Assembly (NCBI GenBank): GCA_020536535.1
Contig: JAHLWZ010000206.1
Location: 1 to 64,000 of the forward strand
Direction of reading: 5' to 3'
DNA length: 64,000 nucleotides
Source of the DNA: Pelomyxa schiedti
Taxonomy: Eukaryota > Protista > Evosea
The position numbers were made by a program, and so were the translations under genes. Of this stretch, positions 26,300 to 38,343 are shown piece after piece; position 1 is the stretch's first letter; each line of letters opens with the position of its first letter. A model generated the notes under the pieces. The model was not told the DNA's origin. It made no database searches and saw nothing but the letters and a program-made list of their open reading frames with translations.

Positions 26300-27170
26300 T
26301 AGTTCCAGTGACAACGGTGCAAAACAACATAAAGGAGTTAAGCAAGTGGCACAATCAGTTGCTGGGTGAATTGTTTCTACGCACGATTGACCATGCCCTC
26401 CAATATGCCGGTCATCTTTTAACAGCACAAAAGAATTCGTAATGATGCAATTTGATTGTAGATCGTGTCGTAACGGAAGTTTTGTAGCCATTGTAACAAT
26501 GAGTGCGCGTGCGTGGGCAGTTCTATTTGGGGTTGTCACATTTTCATTTTGCACTTGTGGGTCTCAAATGACTCTCGAGGTTGTGCTAAATTTGTGTTGT
26601 TTTCCTGCCTTTCTTTATCCCTCTGTTTATTTCCAACATTAAGTGGAACTCTAATTCAGTGCCCTTAGGAATTGCAGACTGCTTTGCAATCAGAAATTTC
26701 ACTTACCAAAAATTTGAGCAGCATTGCAAAGGCAGTAAGTTCTAACACCAAAAAAAAACCCCCAAATAGCCAACATAACAACAAACCAATAATAAGAAAA
26801 AAGCAAGTTGAAACTGCAAGAATAGCCAGGGAACATGCTCTTCAGGCCTCTACTAATGCAGAGTCTGTTTTGAATGCTGCTCATGAAATATTACAAACAG
26901 CACAAAAGCAAGCTGCCGAGATAATAAAATCCGCTCACGAAAACGCTACAAAAATCGTTTCGAAGGCTGTTTTGCAAGAACCTCAAATGTGCAATATAGT
27001 TTTGGAAGTTAAAGAGTGCACACAGTGTGTGCAATCATTCCCCCTATCACACCCTGTTCACACATGAAAGGATTCAACTGCAGTACGCTGTCATTGGGAT
27101 ATTTGGGGGACTTTGCTTGTCATGGGCATACTACTCGTGCCTCAATATAATTGGCATGCACAACAAACCT
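26300..27170 (+). pseudogene. Possible decayed gene (coiled-coil plus Cys-rich remnants)
   Basis: Protein-like fragments (KELSKWHNQLLGELFLR; AREHALQASTNAESVLNAAHEILQTAQKQAAEII; ECTQC) interrupted by several stops. No family recognised. Confidence 0.3.
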
Positions 27171-27338
27171 TAAAATCAAAGCACCATGGAATGTGGAGAA
27201 AAAAAAAGGGACTAAGAGCCACAAAATCCGGCAAAAGGTACATAAAAAAAATCCATGGAAAACAAAACAAGCTTTATTTCCAACACTTTTTTTCTACTTG
27301 CAAGTCATTACATAATATTTTTATAGTATCACAGACAG

Positions 27339-30300
27339 TCAATGTCCGGAGAGTTTGGAGGAAGTCGATTTACTTCTGCTTCTAGACGTGGCACTTGGTT
27401 CTGATACAGCAAGCCGTGCTAAGTCTCCTGACAGTGATTTAAGTGAGGTTACAATGTGTGACAGTTTATCAAAGTCGGGGTGCTTCTTGGTAGTAGACTG
27501 AAGCATCTCCTAAGTTCACATAAGAAAGCCAGAAGGAAACATGGAATTAAAAATTCAGCACCTGGGTGAGGAGATAATAGTCTGAAACACGCTTCATTGG
27601 CCTCTCTAGCAGCACCTTTAGGTCTCCCCGTTCTCTTGATTCCAGGTCCTTGTGAAATTGTTAAGGATTAAAGTGTGTAAGAGGAAAGGAGATAACCCGT
27701 AGCCAGAAATTGAAAATTTCATTGGTCTGTGCTGCAACAAGTGCTTTAAGTTGGGAGGGTTTGTGTGATACATATTGCGTGTACAGGGGTTGGAAGAACG
27801 GCTTTTCGTACTAGGTAAATTCTTAATTTTCATTCTGCATAGTCAAAGGGATTTACCTTTTCAAACAAGTCTGTTAGAGTCTTGTTTGATTGCCATTCTT
27901 CTTGTCTTTGTTTTACATCTTCATGGAATCTGTTTTCATTGAATACTCAATAAAGGGGAACCGTGAAAAGTACTCTTTATGTATACGAACAAGTGCCTCA
28001 AAGTTGCTTAGAACTTGTTCAGCAATAGCTGGTTTGATCATTGCCCCCCCGGAATCAGCGGCTTTTTTAATGGGAAGTAGATATGTCTACAAGAACTTGA
28101 TTTAACAAGAAATGACCAAATAAGGACCTCATAAGTCAAAGTTAGGTAGCTAACATAGTCAGCCTCTGTAGCCAGAAGCTGTGAGACCATGTTCTCCCTT
28201 TTCTCCTCATATTCAGCATCTCTATGCTCCTCAAAGACTTTACTTCCTTCAGATTCTGCAGTATCCCTCTTTTTTACGTAACAGAAAGGAAAAAAAACTG
28301 TCAGGAAATGAATGCAAATAGTAGCAACCTTTGTAAACAGATCTTGGAGCATTGATTCCTGTTGGGCGGAAATTGCATTACTTATGGCTGCCCTCCATTC
28401 TTCAGCCTCTGTTGTACTTACAGCTTTGCAGTTCTTAGTACCTTCCAATGCAACTATAGCAAATCTGACTCCATCACAAGGTTGAGCGGAAGCCGTTTTT
28501 AAATTTACAGTGCTTTTATACCTGTGTTGAGTTAAGTTTTACAGTTTGTTTTCCTCTAGATCGGGAGCATACTTAAAGGTTCCTTTTTTTGACTCGGGGA
28601 GAGTGACAATGATGAGATCAGAAAATAACCACAGACGACTCATTGTTTTGTTGATTTCTAAATCTCCAGCTTTGATAAATTTTCTTTTCTTTACTCCTGA
28701 AAGGTCAGAACCATCATAGCCCTTAATTTTCGCTTGTATGACATCCAGTTCTCTATAGAGAAGAGTGGTTAAACTTAAATTAACAATGAGGAAAGTTACG
28801 CCTGATTGTCGGATATTTGCTTTTGTAAATTGACATAATCTGCAAGTTCTTTAATGACATGCAGTGCCTCTGTTAGACCATGGAAATCTGGGTGAACTGA
28901 GGGAGTGGAGCGCAGCATATCGGAAAGAAGAAGAACATCTACTTTTGTGAGTGGAGGGGGATATGATGCAAGGTACTCACAGCGAGGAATGCGTTGCACA
29001 GGAGCAATGAGTAAACCTTCCAGATTTAACCCATTTAAGGCCTTAGAGTAGTCCAGACCCTGATACCATTAAGTGAGGCTGTTACTGTATAACACATACC
29101 TTCAGATAGGCACTAAAAGCAGGGTGCTTTTCGCGGGCAATTCGTAGTGTACTCATTGAAACACCATAATTATTTACATAATACTTATAGAATCTGATCC
29201 ACCCTGTCTGCAAAAAAAAAAAACTTTAAAACTTTCATGAAAAGGCGGAACTTCATACAGCAAGGAAAATTTCACTAAGACCGCTGTTATCTCCCCAACA
29301 TTCCACAACTTTACTGATAGATTGTTTCAATCTTTACAACCAGTGAGATCCAAAAAAGCTCTGGGATGGTAGACAAGAAACACACCTTTCATGGCAATCC
29401 CGGATCACTGCGAAACTCTGTTAGTATAATTATGATACTGTAACACAATACCTTCAATGTTTGAAAACATTTCATACACTTCGTTCTTAGACACTCCTAA
29501 ACCATCTTTTTTAAGAGGATAGAAGAATTTCTATGTGAAGCTTACAGAAAGTATGACAATGCAGAGAACCTTACCTCTACAATAATGTTTAACACATCCA
29601 CATAGGTCTTTTCAGTCACCAGGATTTCATTTGCTACTTGTTGCCTTTTTTTCAGTTTTTGAGGTAGCTGTTCTAGTTGCTCTGAATCCAAAGCGTGAAC
29701 CCAGTCTCCAGTGGCCGTTGGTGCAAGTGAGTTGGGAGATAATGGAGACCCATACATGGATGACAGGGGGGAAGAGGTAGTAATTGACGTGGCGACTGAG
29801 GACAAAGCCGGGTCTGTTGGAGGAGGGATAAAAGGTGGAGGTAAATCATTAGGCGGTGCAGTGGGGGGGCCAACATCCACTGGTGGAGGGGGAGGGAGGT
29901 CGAAACCTGGTGGTGTGGTGGGAGGAGTCAGATCCATTGGAGGGGGTGGTGGGAGATTTGCTCCTGGTGGTGGTGTAGTGGGAGCTCCTGGCTCTGTTGG
30001 GGGTATGGTTGGTGATGATGCAAGCTGTGAGGAAGGGAATGATGTGGATTTGTTGGATTGAGATAGAACAGTCATGGATTGTGAGTGGGGAATTATCAGT
30101 GGGGGAGGTGCAATGAATGAGGCAGACATTGACAGGAAGTTTGAATTTGATTGCACTATTGGTTTTTGAGTTTAGTCTTAAAAAAAAAAAATAGGGTTTG
30201 AAAAGTAAAGAAGAAAAAAAAGGAAATAGAGGCAAGAAGCTCAAGAAAGAGATGTATCTTACTTAGCATCATTGACTTGGGTCTTTCAGTGCGCGGCCGT

Positions 30301-31193
30301 AGCAAATGCTCTGGCAAAGAAGGAGGCGGCGACGCGGTCGACCTCGTCCCTATCATCGGGAACCTCCTCCCCATCGTGAGCCGCGGGTTGCTCGGCGGCG
30401 GCGAGTCCGCCGTCGCCGCCTGCGTTATCACCGGCTCGCTTCCCCTCAGCCCGCTGCTTGGCAGGGTGCCGGGCGGCTTCACCGGGCTCACGCCCCTGTT
30501 GCGGTCGGGAGGCAGCGACGGCGACCTCCACTTGACCGCCTCGTGCTCTACCCTCACGGCGCCTCTTCTCCCCATGCCCGGCTGCTGATTCGCGGCCACG
30601 GCGGGAGCCGCAGCCGATGGCATCATCATCGTGGTGGTCCTCGGGCCTGTCCCAGGGGGCAGCGGGGGCGACGGCGACGGCAGGGGAGCCGCCACGGGCT
30701 CCTCCCCCTCCTCCTCCTCCTCCTCGGGCGGCGGCGGAGGAGGCGGCGGCGGCTCCTCCTCTTCCTCGTCCGGGGGCGGCGGCGGCGAGGACGGCGGGGG
30801 AGGCGGCAGGGGCATATGGGCCACCGTCTCGGTCGACGGCGGCGCGCCCATGGGGTCGCCCCCCACGCGGCGGACGGCCAGGCGCGAGGCCAGGCCGTCC
30901 ACGGCGGTCATGGACCTGGTGCGGCAGTGGTGGAAGGAGTCCGCCGCTGCTGGTGGTGGTGGCGGCGCTGCCCACGAAGGCTGCGGTGGCGGCGGCGGCG
31001 CCGCTGGGCCGCCGGCGCTCGGGGTCGATGCCGACGTGGGCGTCTGCGAGCGCGACGGGTGGTGGTGGTGCGACGACGAGGACGAAGCCGAGTGGTGATG
31101 ACGGGAGGACGACGACGACGTGGAGGCTGTGTTTGATGTTGTTGTTGTTGTTGTGGGGGGTGGTGGGGGAACGAACCCGGGAGATGATGTCAT
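27339..31193 (-). CDS. Dbl-family RhoGEF, Pro-rich N-terminus then DH-PH-DH
   Basis: KRQQVANEILVTEKTYV, PVQRIPR, TPSVHPDFHGLTEAL, PH end TEAEEWRAAISNAI, and a second DH KRENMVSQLLATEADYV...LERPMKR..HPDFDKL. Confidence 0.88.
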
Positions 31194-31492
31194 TTGGTGT
31201 TACCTTTCTTTTTTATAGGTTTTTTTTCACGGGGTCGATTGGGTGTGGGTTTGTGGGCGTGTGTCGCCCGTGTGCTTGGCTCCTTTCTTGTTTTTTTCTT
31301 TTTTCTTTGTTTTTTGTGTTTTGATTTTCGTGGTAGTTATACGATTTTGTGAACAAACTTTGTGTTGAACTTGTGAAAAAAAGATCTGACTAGATCTAAA
31401 TTGAATGCAGATCTGGTTCTCGAAAATGATCCTTTCCTTTTTGTCAGTGACCCTGAGTAAAGTTCGCTTGTGATTCGTTTTGATACAGGTCA

Positions 31493-34400
31493 CTAGAAAA
31501 TGTTTAGGTTTTGCGTTTGTGTCTTTGGTATAAAGGACCTTGTATGTGATGCCCTTTGTAGCCAGTGGGACTGCAATTGTTGTTGCATGAACTGGAATCC
31601 ACCAGAGTTGAATGCAATTTCGGAACTCACCGCGGAACTGTTGGAATAGTGTGGGAGAAGAAAAAAAAAAAAGGAAGCAACATACAGGGATTTGGATATA
31701 TCTGACAGTAATCCCAGAATGAAGGGATTGTTGGCTGTGGCAGATGTTTTTACTGATTGCTGAGCATCCAGCAGTACCTATGAGAGAAGTGTAATTATAA
31801 TGTTACATGGATAACTGGGAGGAATACTTTTCTGGCTTCGTCAAATCGGTGATTAGAAGCTGCCGTGGCAGCGGCACCAATTGCTGTAGCAACAGTAACG
31901 CGGTTTCGTTGCAAGTCTACATCAAGATTTGGGCCTGTATGCATAAGACTGGCATCCAGTGTTCGGCTGGAGATAACTGTGAAATTTCACAAAAACTCTT
32001 AGACACAACCTCACAGTCATGTTGCATGAAATCGCCTGGTGAGTTTGGGTTGCGGCAACGTCATATTCAACATCGACAACTAGGTAGCAGATGTTGCTTG
32101 TGGGAGATGATGCCGCCGCGGAGTTAAATGAAGGAAGTTGTACAACAAGAGGTATATCACGGTTCTCCTCACAAAAAACATCGGGTAGGGTTATACAAAC
32201 TCTGTCAGGAGTTCCTGGACACAAGAGTTATCAACTTGCACATAAGTGATATCAACTACTCTGTGTAACAGGGAAGGAAGTGTTCAACTTCAATATTTGC
32301 GAATTATTGGCAGAATTGATTGTGACCCTTAAGTTTTGGGCATAAACACTAAGCAAGCCGCCAAGGCACCTTGCAAACGCTTCTTCTACCTTTGAATCAT
32401 TTTCAATGTAGTAGAACATTCCATGTCCAAGCTTATATTTACGTTACTTCCGATGTATTTTTGAGTTTTTTGAAACCTCAGCAAGAGAAGAGAGTAGGGT
32501 AGCTGAAAAAAAAAAAATCAGAAAGAGTTGTTTGGCTTGGTGTTTACCATCGTGGTCAGGCCCATATCCAAATGTATACAATGAAAATTGAACAGTTGTC
32601 TGTGAAAACAAGGTTTTAGCTACATCAGTTGTGAGGTAGTCCTGTCCTGCTCTTTCGTTAGCAGGATATAATAAGTGGCTGGGTAACCATCTGTCAGAAG
32701 CATTACTGCTGTAACGGGGTTGGTATAAGTCCTCTTTTCTAAAACTTGTATAGCTTTACTGAGCCCAGTCCTTATAGCTGACAGAATTTTAGATGAAAGT
32801 TTTGTTTTCCAGGCCTACATGTTCCCCCAAGATCAAGCATAGAATCAATAATCACATAGAAGTAGTCTTTGGTACATTGATCCCTAGGTTTTGCATGGGT
32901 GTTCAAAAAAGAGTATCGATAAGGTACATTCGTTGCAATCGAGTAAGCCTGTAAGCCGAATCATCGAATGTTATCAGGCACAGTCTATCAGCTGCCGAGA
33001 GATTCCTCACTAAGGATTTGAGAGTATTTTGTACACTGTGAAGTTTTGAGCCGCTCATAGATCCAGAAACGTCAATCTATTTCTGTTAAGAAAGCTAATA
33101 CGAATAGGTGGAAGTTTACCACTGCGATTAAATCTGTGCCAGCTCTACTGTCTAGAGTGGCTTCAGCACGAGGTGCATTAAGGTGAACCAGGGTAAGAAG
33201 TTGAGCTGCATTGGAGTCAATCGAAGCAAATTCAGGAATCGCTCTCAGTTCCATGGCACTTGTTCCCACTGCTTAAAGTTCAACCTTGAAGACAAGAGTC
33301 TAAAATACCATTATCCTGATGTGGAGGTAAAATAGAATCATCATCAGCATCAGAAATAAGCAAGTCTCTCCTACGTAGAGAGACGGGATATCCCCAATAA
33401 TCTCTGATAAGAACTGTTCTTTGAGTGATGAAAGAGACTGCTGCGTAAGTATCTCGTGGGCGCCTCTCCCACATCTGAACATGTTAGATTTGAAGAACAA
33501 GATTGAATTTAAACCCTGGATGCATCTTCGTAGCGTATATGGCCATCTGGAAACTTGACTGCATACTTGTAAATAAATAGGGAACCTGGCACAATTCGTT
33601 TTGTAAGGCGCCAAATATGCCCTGATGTCCAAAGCATGCGGTTTTTTATTTCAAGATTCCAATTACCAAGAGGAATTGTATTTCCAATCTGGGTACCCAG
33701 TGAGTCCATTGCAACAAACGAGAATCCATACAATATAGACTTCTTCCCCTGGCTTGGTAAAATATTCAAGAGAAAACTCTACTCTCCAAGTCACGCATCT
33801 CATCAGAGTTTGGCATGTTTGTGCCAGGAGCGTTAGTAGGTCTGCATTGTTGATCGAAAGGTAATTTGCAATTAAAGCCCAAACTCTCTGATCCATTGGA
33901 TATCGGGGCAAATGAAAACGGTGTCCTATGGGTCTGTAGAAAGATGTTGAGATAAATTATTGGCATTAGGGCTAGTGTACTTTGGATTCCATTTGTTCCA
34001 CCGTATATCGTACCAGTACTTGATTTGACCACTATCATTCTCTCTGGACCAATAGTTCAGATGTTCTATTTCACTTAGCGTTGGTTTGATCTCTTCAGCT
34101 AGGTGTACTTGGGTATGATTGCTACTTGCATTAACACTTTTCAGTACTGCGACCCGCCAATCCTGTTCTGAGGATTCGGTGGCAGAGTTGTTGCAGAGAG
34201 TGCGTAACATTTCAATAAGGAAAGATAGATTAGAGACATTGTCCAGCATTAACCCGCCAGCCAATCTGGCTGCTTCGCTCCAAAATAAAGGTGCTGTCTG
34301 GGCAGCTAGAATGGGCTCATTGCCTACTGCGGAAGATTCTGCATCGTGATTTGAAACATAAACGGTATACAGAGTTATTCCCATGGAATGCAATAGTTCA

Positions 34401-35382
34401 GCTTCATCTTTCCAAAATATATCTTGGTCCGTAAAAGAAGGTGGATGTGGTTCACTGTCTCCAATAAGCACAAGAACTCGCCTGGCAGATGCTCTCCAGC
34501 TCATTGAACGCGCCTCCCTTAGTGCCAGTTCGTAGCACTCAGGGAAATCACCACCCCACGTTCCAGAAACAGTACGTATGAAAGTACACGCAGCCTTCGC
34601 GTCACTGGTTAGATCAAAACGTCGGAGTGTATAAGAGGCTACGCAATAGAAGTTAGTTTAGCAATTTTGCAGTCTCCATACTGTAAGAGTCACTGTAGTC
34701 CCCATGGGCAATAACCCCAAATCTTACATCAGGGAGTGCCTGTATCAAGCCTTCCACAGTCTCAAGCAAACTTCGCCTTACTTCATCAAGTTTGTTATAC
34801 ATGCTTCCTGTAGTATCCTATATACACCAGTTAGAACTTTTTTTTTCCTCATCCAATAGGGAGGAAAAAATTAGAAAAGAAACACACAAAAGAGAAAACC
34901 ACATCCACTCCACAATGAGACCCCAAAGTAGCAGAACTCCCCCGTTTCGGGGTTTCGCCGAAGACGCTTTTGTTGGAAGAAGGAGGAGAACCAGGGCCCG
35001 CCGTCGTCCACCCTTCATACTGCGCCTCCTCGCCCACCTCGGCCAGGATTATGGGAACGACGGCGCCCTCGGCCCCCAGTCCCATAATCGGGTCGCTGTT
35101 GCTCAGCAATTGGCCGCTCACATACAACTTTTGCTGGTGGACCTCAACTCCGCACGCCGCCGAGATCAGAGCCTTGAGCTCCAAGATCGTGTGGCCGGGC
35201 TCAATTGGCGCCGGCACGTCGAAATCTGGGTCGCTGGCACCTTGGCGGTGCACCCGGGCCGTGAGTGTCCTCTGCTGGCCCAATTGGGCCCCAGTTGCCT
35301 GCGGAGGCGTCTGCATCTGTATCTGTGTCGGTTCGGGCGCAGTCGAAACAGAAGGAGCCGGCGGCTGTTGGTTGTCTGCCAT
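31493..35382 (-). CDS. Multidomain protein: ubiquitin-like, vWA, F-box-like, CBM20, vWA, Vwaint-like
   Basis: TILELKALISAACGVEVHQQKLYVSGQLL (Ubl); DVVFSF|DTTGSM..GGDFPECYELAL..LIGDSEPH (vWA); MDQRVWALIANYL..LLAQTCQTL (F-box-like); TKPGEEVYI|IG..LGNWN..W..YKY..WE..DYWG (CBM20); DLIAV|IDVSGSMSGSKL..LLTDG (vWA); SHWLQRAS. Joined in frame by GT-AG introns. Confidence 0.8.
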
Positions 35383-35493
35383 TTGCAACTTGTTTTTTTT
35401 TGTGTTTATTGACCCGAAGAAAAATTTGGCGGTTGAGGGGGCATTTTGAGAAAAAAGGGGAAACAAAGGTCAAAAGAAAGAAAGTGATTGTAT

Positions 35494-36883
35494 TCAGAAA
35501 GTGCCAACAAAGTGGTGTGGTTTGATTGAGAACAGGTCCACTGTGTTCCTGTATGCTAGCCTGAACACTGGGACACCTGTTCCAGTCCCTGGGCACACCA
35601 CATGCCAACAATCATTCTCCAGCCACACACCCAGTAGGTGCCGGTATATCATTTTGGCAAAGAGGAAGAAGGGTACAAGCTGACCTGCGTGGGTGTGGCC
35701 AGATACTACAATGTCAACCCTCTTTGTGGCCGCTATGGATGGGAATCCCTTGGGCCGGTGGCATAGCAGAATGGAGCACATATGGTCTGGAAGAGCAGCG
35801 GTTCTTTGAAGAATGGACTTGAGGGACTGTATCACAACCCTAGCAGGAACATCGGAATGAATGGAGACAGTTGAGAAGCTTACTCGGTGTTTTTCCTATC
35901 GTCTACGCCTATTAATTGTAGGTGCTCTCCATTCACAGTTATGATGGTTTGGGTATCCAGCAAAAGGTGTATGTTTGGTGCCCCGGCACGAATAATATCA
36001 AGTGCTTTCTGCTTTCCAAGGAGGCTAGTTCACCTGTGAGAAATATGCACACAACCGAGCGAAATTTCACATACAATTCATGATTTCCAAGAGACATATA
36101 AACTGGCACAGTGAGGTCGGCAAATGGCCGGACCATATCGGCGGTGCAACCAATATCAACCAGATCACCTGGAATCAGAACCAGGTCTGGAGCACCTCGT
36201 TTTATCTCTCTCACAACCTAATCAGCGCCAAAAACAATGTGAAAACAGAGCTCTCAACCTGCTAGGAATCTATGTAACACTGCTCTTTTTTTGTTTTTTT
36301 TTTTAAAAAAAAGAGAGATTTAAATTAATTAATTGTATCCCTCAGCCAGTGATTTGTTATTGTTTGTTATCACATATGAGACACGAAAGATACATACAGT
36401 TTCGGCCCACCATCTTGTTCTGACACCCAAATGTAAATCAGCAACAACCGCGATTTTGACCAAGTTGCCGCGCGGCGAACTTGGGTCGCAGTGCATGCAA
36501 TTGAGCTGCCCGTGGTCTTTTCTCCACACAGTGAAGCCGGACGAGAACCCATAAGCGCAGACGGTCAGCCAGAACCTCAGGATCCACTTGAACTCCCACC
36601 GCAGGCCAGTCACGTCGACGAGCAAGAATATCCACGCCAGCGTGTGCGTGCAGCCGAAGAACAGCGTCAGGACCCACACGCACGGCCTGATGAGCACCCT
36701 GAGCTTCCGGTAGACGAAAAACGCGGCCATGCAGCACACCAGGGAGAACGCGCCGGCCCACGCCGCCGCGCACCGCGAGTCCGAGACGGTCGCGCGCCAC
36801 ACTTTGTACACGGGATACGCGGTGATAAGAACGAGCTCAAGAAGTGCCACAAACCCCACGAAAAGACGCCGACGAAGCGCCAT
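35494..36883 (-). CDS. Membrane-anchored calcineurin-like metallophosphoesterase (YkuE/TMPPE-like)
   Basis: N-terminal TM helices followed by motifs ADLHLG, PGDLVD, LGNHE, LLCHRP, SGHTHAGQ and GTGT. Confidence 0.9.
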
Positions 36884-37168
36884 AGGCAACAACCCGCTTG
36901 AGGAGGAATAAATAATAGATAGATGGCAGAGAAAATCATCCGAAGGGTTCACGGAAAAGGGAGACAGTGGCGAGGGGGCGTTAGTCTAAGATGTCCAGCT
37001 TTCAATCCTGCCATGTTCTCAAGAGCAGGGGATCCCAATCACAAAACTCTGTGAGGTTCCTAAGCTTGTCGACGTTCTGAGGCCGGAAACCAACATCTCG
37101 AAAGGGAGCTTCTGGGTGCAATTCTCACTGTGCACAGTGAGCACACAAAACACAAAAAAATTCTCGAC

Positions 37169-38242
37169 ATGGCAGATTCAGCGCCTCCGCCCTCCGAACC
37201 GACTGCCACTGTAGCTCCTCCGAGTCCCTCTATTCCTGCACCCACCTCAGCATCCGTCGCCACTACGATGCCTCCATTGTGGGAGCACCCCCACGGCGGC
37301 GCCGGCGTCATCCAAGCCACGATGAACAGCGGGTGCATGGTGCTGAAGCCTCGCGCCTCGTGCGGGACGCTGCTCGAGGGCGACCCCGCCGCCGTGGCCG
37401 CGTTCATGCGCGACGCCGTGGGGCACATGGAGTCGGCGCTGGGCATTCTGGACTTCCACTTCAATTTCCACGACGCCGAGCCGGGGAGTCACAATCAGAA
37501 TTGGAACCGTGGTCGGGCTCGGAACACTGCGAATGTGGATCATGAGCCTCAAAGCCCCAATGTCGGCAACCAGACTGGCAATTATGGGCAGAATCGGAGG
37601 AACCCTGGCCAGAACTGTGTGTATGTGTGCCAGAATCAGAGCCAGGCACAAATAGAAGTCAAAGTGTATCACGGTTCACCACATGATAAGAGTGAAATTC
37701 CGGAGTATCCTGTGTGCATATCATGCGACCTGGACAACGCTATCTCGCGGTCAACTTTCATTGGGGAGACTGAACACCACAGAATGTGGCTGGATGCTCA
37801 GGGGAGGGACAAGCTCATCGTGACACCCAAGAAACACTACCTCTCCCTCTCAGATTTCTCAGACGCGGAGCTACTGGACTTTGTTTTAGCTATACGGCGA
37901 TTGTGCCTCGATTGCCGGGTTCATAAGGTTTTCTCTGTCATTGTAAATCACGGGCAGTACAAGAACCACGCCCACATCCACGCGAAAATCAATTTCGAAG
38001 CTTGCAACCCTCCTGAGAACATTGCAGCCAAAATGCGTGAAGTGGCTCTTTTTCCCAAAGAACTTTTGGCACAATATGTACCTGTTGAACCAGATAAAGC
38101 AAAAAACCTCCGAGGAGGCCACGGATACCGCGGAACTCGCGGAACTGGGTCCAGAGGAAGAGCCTATCCCTATTCATCAACCCGCAATCAACAAGCACAA
38201 GTATCACAAACAACAACCCGCACAAGAGGGAACAAATGGTAG
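37169..38242 (+). CDS. HIT-like (histidine triad) protein with RG-rich tail, intronless
   Basis: CISC, LIVTPKKHYLSLSDFSDAEL, VNHGQYKNHAHIHAKI, tail RGGHGYRGTRGTGSRGR. Confidence 0.75.
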   Translation: MADSAPPPSEPTATVAPPSPSIPAPTSASVATTMPPLWEHPHGGAGVIQATMNSGCMVLKPRASCGTLLEGDPAAVAAFMRDAVGHMESALGILDFHFNFHDAEPGSHNQNWNRGRARNTANVDHEPQSPNVGNQTGNYGQNRRNPGQNCVYVCQNQSQAQIEVKVYHGSPHDKSEIPEYPVCISCDLDNAISRSTFIGETEHHRMWLDAQGRDKLIVTPKKHYLSLSDFSDAELLDFVLAIRRLCLDCRVHKVFSVIVNHGQYKNHAHIHAKINFEACNPPENIAAKMREVALFPKELLAQYVPVEPDKAKNLRGGHGYRGTRGTGSRGRAYPYSSTRNQQAQVSQTTTRTRGNKW

Positions 38243-38343
38243 TAATATTATTTGTTGATCCCTGCCTCCAAATGACATCGAAAAAAAATTCAAAAAATGA
38301 AAATACTTTGCAGAAATTACATAGTTGTGGTGGTTATTTGGTA

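Noticed and set aside
30277-31324. Long overlapping ORFs in several frames (also near 6055-6482, 36438-36939 and 59276-59899)
   Set aside because: Shadow ORFs from GC-rich low-complexity first exons that lack stop codons.
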